A stretch of DNA of 64,000 bases from Nitrospirota bacterium (GTDB taxonomy: Bacteria > Nitrospirota > Thermodesulfovibrionia > Thermodesulfovibrionales > Dissulfurispiraceae), in assembly GCA_037445375.1 (NCBI GenBank), contig JBBIKS010000006.1, forward strand, positions 19,237 through 83,236, in the 5' to 3' direction. Each line of letters opens with the position of its first letter. Positions within the stretch are counted from its first letter, which is position 1. Of this stretch, positions 31,350 to 39,516 are shown in pieces. Both the position numbers and the translations under genes were made by a program. The notes beneath the pieces are model-generated. The model was given only the letters and a program-made list of their open reading frames with translations, ran no database searches and was not told the DNA's origin.

Positions 31350-32210
31350 ATGGAAATGTTTCTAAATAGAGCAGTTTTATATTTGAGGATGATTAAGATA
31401 TCTCACTCGGTATTTGCCCTTCCCTTCGCATTCACTGGCGGAATCCTCGCTGCTTCAGGCATCCCAGCCCTGCATCAGCTATTCTGGATTTTGCTCGCAA
31501 TGATAGGGGCAAGGTCGGGAGCGATGGGATTAAATAGAATAATAGATAGGGACATTGATAAATTAAATCCACGGACAAAGTATAGGGAAATACCCACTGG
31601 GAAAATAAGAATTTTTGATGCGGCATTGTTTACCGTCATATCCTTTGCCATTATGGTTTTTGCTGCCTATCAGTTAAATCCGTTATGTTTGAAGCTGTCT
31701 CCTGTCGCTATAGGTATTTTATTCTTATACTCCTATACCAAAAGGTTCACATGGCTGTCTCACTTCTTTTTGGGGCTTGCAATTTCAGGATCACCACTCG
31801 GGGCATGGATTGCTGTCAGAGGGACTTTTGACCCTGAGATTTTGCCGCTTTGTATCGGCGTAATATTCTGGCTCGCGGGGTTTGATGTTCTTTATGCCTT
31901 GCAAGACATTAATTTTGATAGAAAACACGGACTACATTCTATCCCTCAGAGATTTGGGATCGAAAAATCCTTGATTATCTCCAGATTGTTCCATTCAATA
32001 ACAATATTAATGCTGATAGTAACAGGATTAATTTTTCTTCTCGGATTTGTCTATTGGATAGGGGTCATTTTAGTTACAGGACTGCTTATCTATGAACACA
32101 CCCTAATAAAATCGGAGGATTTAAGTAAACTCGATATGGCATTTTTTAATATGAACGGATATATAAGCCTGACTGTCTTTATGTTTACTTTTTTATCATT
32201 TCTTGTATAA
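31350..32210 (+). CDS. UbiA-family aromatic prenyltransferase (4-hydroxybenzoate polyprenyltransferase / MqnP-like)
   Basis: NRIIDRDIDKLNPRT motif, a second Asp-rich motif (DINFD), and about 8 TM helices. Confidence 0.8.
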   Translation: MEMFLNRAVLYLRMIKISHSVFALPFAFTGGILAASGIPALHQLFWILLAMIGARSGAMGLNRIIDRDIDKLNPRTKYREIPTGKIRIFDAALFTVISFAIMVFAAYQLNPLCLKLSPVAIGILFLYSYTKRFTWLSHFFLGLAISGSPLGAWIAVRGTFDPEILPLCIGVIFWLAGFDVLYALQDINFDRKHGLHSIPQRFGIEKSLIISRLFHSITILMLIVTGLIFLLGFVYWIGVILVTGLLIYEHTLIKSEDLSKLDMAFFNMNGYISLTVFMFTFLSFLV

Positions 32211-32218
32211 CCTAAATT

Positions 32219-32322
32219 GAGCGATTTTGTTGGTAACCCCACGAAAGCCGAGACGGCTGTCCGACGCAATGGGTGATTAGTGATGATTCGTAGGACAGGC
32301 TTTCCGCTTGTCATTAGAGAAA
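32219..32322 (-). repeat. Dispersed repeat family C, inverted copy
   Basis: The reverse complement aligns with 22048-22152. Confidence 0.7.
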
Positions 32323-32411
32323 TGCACATTAAAGAATAGCTCAATTTAACTGTTATTATTTGTTTAGATTTAGCCATTAAGCAAACAACAGGAGTAAATA
32401 AAAATTCAAAT

Positions 32412-33113
32412 ATGAATCAGACCCCTCAACTGAAGGTATTTTGTAAATCTATAGGCGCGGACCTTGTAGGCATCGCTGATTTAGAACCATTCAGAAATAA
32501 TTTTACTGTAGTGCCTGAAAATCTTATAGAGCCATTCACTCATGCAATCTCAATTGCGATTTGTATGAATAATGAAGTGATCAATACCATTTCAGATGGT
32601 CCTACGCCAGAATATGCACAGCTTTACAGAAATGTTAATATATCTTTAGATAAAATCTCCTCTCAAATCGTGCAGTGGATAAATGAAAAAGGTTTTAGTG
32701 CAAAGGCTATTGCAGCTTCTAAATTAGAGGACGAAGTGAATCTTCTTGGAAGTATCTCTCACAAGGCGGTGGCAAGAATGGCAGGTATCGGATGGCAGGG
32801 CAAAAACCTGCTCATCATAACCCCGCAATTCGGCTCAAGGATAAGACTTGCTACCGTCCTAACCAATATGCCATTTATAGCAGACCAGCCATTAAAAAAC
32901 AGGTGTGGCAAGTGTAAGGAATGCTCTAAAGCCTGTCCTTCATCTGCTATAAAAAATGTTAGCACAGACAGTCATTATAAAATGAGAGATGAAGCAGTAG
33001 ATATAGATAAATGTTACTCAAGGCTAAATAAATTTAAAGTTATGCCCGGCATTGAGGCTACAATCTGCGGTGTTTGCATCAAGGTTTGTCCGTTTAGCAA
33101 GAAATCTACTTGA
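32412..33113 (+). CDS. Short QueG/RdhA-superfamily Fe-S protein (epoxyqueuosine-reductase-like, lacks the C-terminal domain)
   Basis: FGADLVGIA-type N-terminus, HKAVARMAGIGWQGKN, CGKCKECSKACP and CGVCIKVCP. Confidence 0.5.
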   Translation: MNQTPQLKVFCKSIGADLVGIADLEPFRNNFTVVPENLIEPFTHAISIAICMNNEVINTISDGPTPEYAQLYRNVNISLDKISSQIVQWINEKGFSAKAIAASKLEDEVNLLGSISHKAVARMAGIGWQGKNLLIITPQFGSRIRLATVLTNMPFIADQPLKNRCGKCKECSKACPSSAIKNVSTDSHYKMRDEAVDIDKCYSRLNKFKVMPGIEATICGVCIKVCPFSKKST

Positions 33114-33243
33114 GTCTGTTTATAAAGTCATAAATCACCCTTACACTTGCCCTCTCCCTCAAGGTGGAGGGTTGATAAATAAGCCTCTCACTTGAGGGGA
33201 GGGGTTGGAGAGGGTGTTTAATGAGCAGTTTATAAACAGACTC
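33112..33243. mobile_element. MITE-like element with perfect 15-bp terminal inverted repeats
   Basis: GAGTCTGTTTATAAA (33112-33126) and TTTATAAACAGACTC (33229-33243) flank GC-rich nested hairpins. Confidence 0.65.
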
Positions 33244-33575
33244 TATTTAATATAAACCGCTCACAAGACCGCAGGAATGGCAGAAAGGCTCCACTCTATG
33301 AGCAGGACTTATAGATAAACCTGATGAATATTAATGGAACTAAAAGGCAAATCAGATATATCATAAAGGCTGCAAGCTGCCAGAGCTACAAATTCAGCGG
33401 GTTCTTTTCAAAGGAAATAGGCTATGGAAGAATCAACGGCATCGTAAGTCAGCCGCTGATTTAAAATTTAGATGTGAGGCGATAAAAGACTGAAAAAGTA
33501 AGCAGAAAAGGTGATGAGAACGCTCAATTTGTGTAATGTGCAGACTCTGCCCTCTTTTCTTTATAAAAAACACCC

Positions 33576-35504
33576 ATGAAAATCGGCACTATAAGCAATT
33601 ATATCAATATTAAGACTATCATCATATTTACTATTCAGTTCTTCCTTATAGTTACTATATTAGGCTATCGCTCATGGAAAGATAGGGGCGATGAGTGCCT
33701 CAAATGCCATTCAGATATGCAAAAGATGACTAAGCTCGGCTATCCCCAGTTTTATATAACTCAGGAGATGATAGAAAGGGAAAGCAAACATCCCAATATT
33801 AGATGTCAGGAATGTCATCTTGGTAACGCACGAGCCAAAGACCCTGATGAGGCGCATAAGGGTATGCTTGCAGTTCTTCTGGTCAGTGAAGAAGGGGAGC
33901 TTCTTAAGCGTAAAGATATTTACCCCAAGCCATTGATACCTGCTGGCAATGATAAAATCAGGGAGATGCTCCCGCAAGTCGAGTATGAAGGCGAACTTTA
34001 TCCACATCCTGATGTTAGAAATGTTCTTTGGCATGACAGAGACCCAATAACCCTGAATTATGACCCTGCCATAACCAAAAAAACATGCGGCAAATCAAAC
34101 TGCCATCCTGCAGAAACAACCCAATTCCATAAAACCATCATGGCAACTAATTTCAGGCAGAGGACTATGACCACATGGCTTGCGCCCTATGGTCCTCAAA
34201 ATTGAGGGCCATCCTTTGCGGACATACCTCCGTCGGAGGTATTAAAAGATAAAGGATTCTCATTTAAAAACACTCAGGAGATAGCCAAAGAAATCAACCT
34301 CCCTTTTACAAATCAGCAGGCTGTTGCGAAACAAAAATTTTGCAATGCCTGCCATACAGGCTGTCTTGACTGCCATTATGAGCCTAGTAGAGATAAAGGT
34401 GTTCATAATTTCACCTCAAAACCAGCTTCCCAGACATGCGGAGGTTATGGGAGAAATACGAGCATGTGCCATGCCGGCTCTTTGCACAGCAGAAGGGGAG
34501 GCACATATGTCGGAGGGGATTATTCGCTCCCAACTGGCATGAAAGCTGACACCCATTATAAAAAGAACATTCATTGCATTGACTGCCATTTAACCGGTCC
34601 AAAGGGTATGGGTGATATGCAGAGAAAGGCAAGCTGTCAGGACTGCCATATAGAAATCGAGGCTGCACACTCAAAGAGTGTCCATAAAAATCTTGATTGT
34701 GCAGCTTGCCACATAAATGAACTCGGAGGCTATCAGATTGTTGTATATGGTCCCGGCATGGTCGCTGGCAAGCCAAACCCTTTTAAAAAATACTCGCTAT
34801 ATCATGGCATCCAAAGCCCGCCGATAATTATGAAGGACCAAAAGGGCAAGTGGATGGCGGTAAAGGTATTTCCGCACTCAGTGGGCAATTTTAAACAAGA
34901 TGTAAAGTCATCAGAAAGCGTAATGTTCCGATGGAAAGATAGCGATATAAAAGACCCTTATTACATCATTGGAACTCACAGTATTGGCTCAAATGATAAG
35001 CATCTTTTATGGCTTGAGATACAACATGTCTCTCATCCGTATGGCAAGGGAAGGACATGCGAAAGCTGCCACAGCGAGAAACAAATCTCTATATCAAGAT
35101 GGGAGTACGAGGATGATCAGGGTGTTAAAGAGCCTTTCAAAGGCGGATACAAGATTATTGCTGACAAGTATGGTCTAAAGATAACTGACATGCAAAATAC
35201 TAACCCGATAGTTTTGGCTGACGGCTATAAGTTAGAAGACTTTGCCTCATGGCTTTTCCTGAAAGACAAATGGCAAATGCATGGGGATTTTTCAATAACT
35301 ACGGATAAGGATAAATATAATAAATATCTGAATCTTTCAAAAAAGATCAGCAATGAACTAAAAAACCTTGATAAGGAAATTAAAGGCAAAGACAAAAAGA
35401 TTCAAAGGAAATACCTTGAAATGAGAGGCATTGTGCTTCATAATGAAGATGGGGCAGTTGAACTGATTAAGGATTTTAAGCATAAGGAGAGCAGCTCAAA
35501 ATAG
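33576..35504 (+). CDS. Membrane-anchored multihaem cytochrome c with an in-frame UGA at 34203-34205 (candidate selenoprotein, 642 aa)
   Basis: Single frame with one TGA. Eight CxxCH motifs plus CGKSNCH. There is no in-frame ATG/GTG/TTG between 34206 and 34463, although CNACH and CLDCH are encoded there. Confidence 0.7.
34206..34257 (+). promoter_or_regulatory. SECIS-like stem-loop immediately 3' of the UGA
   Basis: Outer stem AUCCUUU (34211-17) / AAAGGAU (34251-57). Inner stem AUACCUCC (34224-31) / GGAGGUAU (34236-43). Apical loop GUCG. Confidence 0.6.
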
Positions 35505-35518
35505 CACTTTCCTCTTTT

Positions 35519-36361
35519 TTATAAATTGAATGTTTTTATAATCTCTCTTCTTGCCTGTCCGATAGTGAGCGGTATTTTTTCAAAAGGCATTTTGTCTTCG
35601 TTTTTAAGCTTGTAAATGAGTTCTGCAATCTGAGGAAGCCGGAGTTTAACACGCATCATATCAGCCGGTGCTGTAAAGACTTCTTCAGGTGTTCCGCCCC
35701 TGATGATCTCACCTTTACTCAGTATATAAAGCCTGTCAAGAAACAGGGGGACAAGGTCAATGCTGTGAGTAGCCATGACTATGGTCAAGCCGTTTTCCTT
35801 ATTAAGTTTCATCAGTAAGTCCATCATTTTATATTCACCCATCGGGTCTAACCCAGCAGTCGGTTCGTCAAGAAGCACTATCTCATGTCCCATTGAGAGC
35901 AGCCCGGCAATACAAATCCTCTTTTTCTGCCCATAGCTAAGATTCTGAATAGGTTTTGTCTCATATCCATCCATCTCGACAGCCTTGAGAGCATCTCTGA
36001 CTCTTTCTGTTACTTCTTTTTCATTGAAGCCCATATTTATTGGTCCAAATGAGACATCTTCTACAACAGTTGGAGCAAACAATTGCTCATCGGGGTTTTG
36101 GAAAATAAGCCCCATTTTTTTATAAATTTCTTTGGGTGAGAGTTTTCTTATATCCATCCCGTCGAGGAATACATTGCCGGTAAAATCCTTATAGAGTCCA
36201 TCCATAATCTTAAGTAGAGTTGTTTTTCCAGAGCCGTTTGAACCTATGATGCCGATAAAATCCCCCTTCTTTATATTCAAGGATATATCGGAAAGTGCAG
36301 TGGTGCCGTCGGGATATTTGAAAGAACTGATGTTTACTGATAATCGGGTTAAATCTTCCAT
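35519..36361 (-). CDS. cbiO: Cobalt ECF transporter ATPase
   Basis: Walker A GSNGSGKTT, signature LSYGQKKR, Walker B LLDEPT. Confidence 0.9.
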   Translation of the reverse strand: MEDLTRLSVNISSFKYPDGTTALSDISLNIKKGDFIGIIGSNGSGKTTLLKIMDGLYKDFTGNVFLDGMDIRKLSPKEIYKKMGLIFQNPDEQLFAPTVVEDVSFGPINMGFNEKEVTERVRDALKAVEMDGYETKPIQNLSYGQKKRICIAGLLSMGHEIVLLDEPTAGLDPMGEYKMMDLLMKLNKENGLTIVMATHSIDLVPLFLDRLYILSKGEIIRGGTPEEVFTAPADMMRVKLRLPQIAELIYKLKNEDKMPFEKIPLTIGQARREIIKTFNL

Positions 36362-37101
36362 ATCACTCCGAGGGTTGTTATAAATAGAATAGAAATTATG
36401 ATTTCCTTATATTTAAGGGAGTTCTGTTTCAAAAAAGGCATGTTGCCGTTATATCCTCGCTGGATCATTGCTGTGGTAGTTTTCTGGCTATGGTCAAATG
36501 CCTTGAGCACGAGCGTTCCAACAAGGGTGGAAAATGAACTTATTCCTCTTTTGATGCCTGAATAGCCGAGCCGATTTTTCTGTGCGTTATAAATAACCAT
36601 AGCATCATCCAAAAGGATGAATATATATCTGTAAGCAAACATCATTATCTCAATAAGTGTTTTAGGTATCCTGAACCAAGAAAGCCCCGCCATTATCTCA
36701 GTAAAAGGAGTTGAGAGTCCAAGAACAATAATAACCGAGACAGCGGCCAAAATCCTGAGGGCAAGCATAAGCCCTTCTATGAAACCGTCTTTATAACCGC
36801 TTAATGTCAGGACTTTTAACTCTATAGAAAATAAGGGATCGGTTCCTGAAAAGAAGAGCTTCAAGATTAATAAAATTAGAGCAATAAATGCAGGCTCTGA
36901 ATATCTGAGAAGAACGACTTTTATCGGAACCCTCATCGCTATACAAAAAGCTATGCTTATAAGAATTATTATGACAGGAAATATGAAGCCTTTATAGCTT
37001 AGAATAAGCAGAAGGCTGAAGACAGCTACTAATATCTTTATTCTTGCATCAAATTTTGCAAGAAAATGTCCCTTTTTTAAATCTCTAAATAAAAATTCCA
37101 T
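36349..37101 (-). CDS. cbiQ: Cobalt ECF transporter transmembrane (T) component
   Basis: Polytopic 250-aa protein between cbiN and cbiO. It overlaps cbiO by 13 nt. Confidence 0.85.
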   Translation of the reverse strand: MEFLFRDLKKGHFLAKFDARIKILVAVFSLLLILSYKGFIFPVIIILISIAFCIAMRVPIKVVLLRYSEPAFIALILLILKLFFSGTDPLFSIELKVLTLSGYKDGFIEGLMLALRILAAVSVIIVLGLSTPFTEIMAGLSWFRIPKTLIEIMMFAYRYIFILLDDAMVIYNAQKNRLGYSGIKRGISSFSTLVGTLVLKAFDHSQKTTTAMIQRGYNGNMPFLKQNSLKYKEIIISILFITTLGVIWKI

Positions 37102-37333
37102 AATGTTTAGACGCCATAAATGGACATAGTAAAGTTTTCATTTTCAGTAAAGCAAGAAATCCTGCCATTGCATGAAAAAGATTTCTCACACCTGATTGGT
37201 GTTCGCAATGACTCATTTATCAATAAGATCGTAGTTCTATGTCTATTTTTAGGAGGCAGAGTCTCTTTAAAAATTATTTTTTTGTCACCCTGAGCCTTTC
37301 GATAAGCTCTGGATATGCCTGTCGAGCCCAATA

Positions 37334-37678
37334 TCAAGCTATTTCTTTATTTTCTCTGTGGTTAATTGCTTTACTGCCTTTATGTTCAATTAATACCCTC
37401 CAGTAATAGCCTGCCGCAAATCCCCCGATTGCTCCCGCTGTCAAAAAGACAAAAAGGAGCAAATCTCCCTGATCGGTATTAATAAAGGGTTCTTTTGGTT
37501 CAATTCCAAACTCTTTAGCAAATTTTTCGATAACCGATTCATCAACACCTGTCCACTTTTCTGAAGCAAAAGCTGAAGGCTGAAGACTGACAAGGAACAA
37601 CAGAGCAGTCGAGCAGCAGAGCAGCCAGAAAATTACTCTATAACTTTGAATTTTAAATTTTGAATTTTGAATTTTCAT
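37334..37678 (-). CDS. cbiN: Cobalt transport protein CbiN
   Basis: N- and C-terminal TM helices and a ...EKWTGVDE... loop. ATGA overlap with the cbiM stop. Confidence 0.8.
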   Translation of the reverse strand: MKIQNSKFKIQSYRVIFWLLCCSTALLFLVSLQPSAFASEKWTGVDESVIEKFAKEFGIEPKEPFINTDQGDLLLFVFLTAGAIGGFAAGYYWRVLIEHKGSKAINHRENKEIA

Positions 37679-38484
37679 GCCTTCACCTCCGACTGCCTTA
37701 AAACCATTAATTTAACAAGTAAATCAGGCCTCTTTTTATATAAAAGCATTACTACGCCGGCTGTCATAGCCCCTTCTAAAATCCCAAGCGGAATCTGAGT
37801 GGGGGCAAATGCAATGATTATCTGCGTCATAAGTGGAAGAAATGGTGATTCACCTCTTATGCCTGACGCAAGTTCAATGGATGTCATAATATATGTCGCC
37901 CAATCAGCCAGTAGTCCTGCAAAAAAGCTTGAGATCATAAGCGGTGCCCTAAGATACATTAGAACTTTAAAGATAGCAAAACCTGCAAATGACCCTATAA
38001 CTCCCATAGAGACGATATTTGCGCCAAGAGTGCTAAGTCCGCCATGTGCTAAAAATAGAGCTTGTATGAAAAGGGCAACTGATGCAACTACCACGCTAAT
38101 TGCAGGACCAAGTATTATTGCAGTAATTCCTGTGCCTGCTGGATGAGAGCAGGTACCTGCTGTCGGCACAGGGACAGGCATACAGGAGATTATAAATACG
38201 ACTGCTGCCAAAAGACCGACAAGAGGTTTAAATGACAAATCATTTTTAGAGACCACCTTTATCCTCCATATCCCGTAGGATATGAATGGAATAGCCACTG
38301 CATACCAGATTAACGCCCAGTCCAGCGGTAGTATGCCTTCGGATATGTGCATTGCATGAGCATCGGAAACAGTGAATAGTGAATAGTGAATAGTGAATAG
38401 TGAAAAAAATAAGATTTTGTGTTTTAAATCTTGAATTTTAAATCTTGGTTTTTTAATTTTGAATCTTGAATCTTGAATCCTCAT
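37675..38484 (-). CDS. cbiM: Cobalt ECF substrate-capture component CbiM, with a repeat-encoded signal peptide
   Basis: AHA|MHISEGILP mature N-terminus. GGAGGAG SD upstream of the ATG at 38484. Alternative start at 38352. Confidence 0.9.
   Translation of the reverse strand: MRIQDSRFKIKKPRFKIQDLKHKILFFSLFTIHYSLFTVSDAHAMHISEGILPLDWALIWYAVAIPFISYGIWRIKVVSKNDLSFKPLVGLLAAVVFIISCMPVPVPTAGTCSHPAGTGITAIILGPAISVVVASVALFIQALFLAHGGLSTLGANIVSMGVIGSFAGFAIFKVLMYLRAPLMISSFFAGLLADWATYIMTSIELASGIRGESPFLPLMTQIIIAFAPTQIPLGILEGAMTAGVVMLLYKKRPDLLVKLMVLRQSEVKA
38371..38404. repeat. Tandem heptamer (AGTGAAT) x 4.9 inside the cbiM signal-peptide codons
   Basis: Direct reading: agtgaatagtgaatagtgaatagtgaatagtgaa. 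Confidence 0.9.
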
Positions 38485-38512
38485 ATCTCCTCCAGATTTT
38501 TGGATCTTGAAT

Positions 38513-39514
38513 TTATTTTTCAGCCATTTTCAATAAGGCATTTACGATTGCTACTGCTACAGCCGTGCCACCTTTTCTGCTATGATTGGTTATAAAAGGA
38601 AATCGCTGGGCTGAAAGGAGCATCTTTGATTCGATAGCATTTACAAAGCCCACAGGCACCCCAATAACGAGAGGCTCACCCCCCCTTGAAGCCCCCGAAG
38701 GGGAGGTAAATAATTCTATTACCCTCAATAAGGCTGTCGGTGCATTGCCAATGGCTATGATCCCAATATTGTTGTTATTAATTAGTGCTTCCTCGATGCC
38801 CCTTTCGGCTTTCGTTTTTTGTTCACCTTCTTTGTCTTGAAAATTTTGAATATTGCAAATCACCTTTCCGCCCCATTCGTTGAGAAGTTTCTTGTTTATG
38901 CCAGTTTTGACCATTTCCACATCAGTAAGGATATCCCTGCCGGCTTTGATTGCATTAATCCCTGCACTTATGGCATTAGGATGGAAGACCATTGTTTTTT
39001 TGAACTCAAAATCAGCGGTTGCATGGATGACCCTTTTTATAATTGGCAGTTGTTCAATGGGAATGCCGCTAAAATCGTCCTCCTCACCGATAATCTCAAA
39101 GCTCTTCTTTTCAATATTGCCTCCCTTTATGCCGTTGATAGAATTGACTCTATCGAGGATTATCTCGACAAGTTTTTCATGCACACCCAGAGGTTCTGAA
39201 TAATAGAAATCTACATTTGGATATATACTCCTTGCTTCGTCAATTATCTCTGGTATATCTTTGGTCACATGCATACCCGAGCTTAAAAAAAACGGATGAA
39301 TTATGAGCCTTTCTGCCCCGCTATTAACACATTCTTTTATTGTTGACATAAGATCAGGCTCTACGAACTGAAGATAGGCAATCCTAACGCAATCGCCTGT
39401 GCATGAGGGATGAATAGCCTGATGGAGAAGTTTCCCAATTGCTTCGATATTATTAGCTTCTTTTTTAGGACTGCCATGCCCTATAAGCAGGATTCTATCT
39501 CTATCTTTAGACAT
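38513..39514 (-). CDS. Fusion of CbiX-type sirohydrochlorin cobaltochelatase and precorrin-8X methylmutase (CbiC)
   Basis: N-terminal half ILLIGHGSP...IHPFFLSSGMH. C-terminal half VIHATADFEF...IGNAPTAL...IGVPVGFVNAIESK. Confidence 0.8.
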   Translation of the reverse strand: MSKDRDRILLIGHGSPKKEANNIEAIGKLLHQAIHPSCTGDCVRIAYLQFVEPDLMSTIKECVNSGAERLIIHPFFLSSGMHVTKDIPEIIDEARSIYPNVDFYYSEPLGVHEKLVEIILDRVNSINGIKGGNIEKKSFEIIGEEDDFSGIPIEQLPIIKRVIHATADFEFKKTMVFHPNAISAGINAIKAGRDILTDVEMVKTGINKKLLNEWGGKVICNIQNFQDKEGEQKTKAERGIEEALINNNNIGIIAIGNAPTALLRVIELFTSPSGASRGGEPLVIGVPVGFVNAIESKMLLSAQRFPFITNHSRKGGTAVAVAIVNALLKMAEK

Positions 39515-39516
39515 TA

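Noticed and set aside
33576-35504. Genome-wide TGA reassignment (code 4/25) as the explanation for the in-frame TGA
   Set aside because: TGA terminates guaA exactly at the conserved ...IEWE C-terminus, and it also ends rlmH and the FIST gene. It is therefore a normal stop in this genome.
38371-38490. CRISPR array
   Set aside because: The repeats are 7-nt tandem units without spacers. The dispersed hairpin elements are irregularly spaced and differ in sequence. No cas genes are present.
38660-38710. Palindromic-element insertion in CbiC (peptide SPSGASRGGEPL)
   Set aside because: The DNA has a CCCCTT...AAGGGG hairpin, but the segment is only about 4-5 residues longer than the linker I remember in other CbiC proteins. 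That is not convincing evidence of an insertion.
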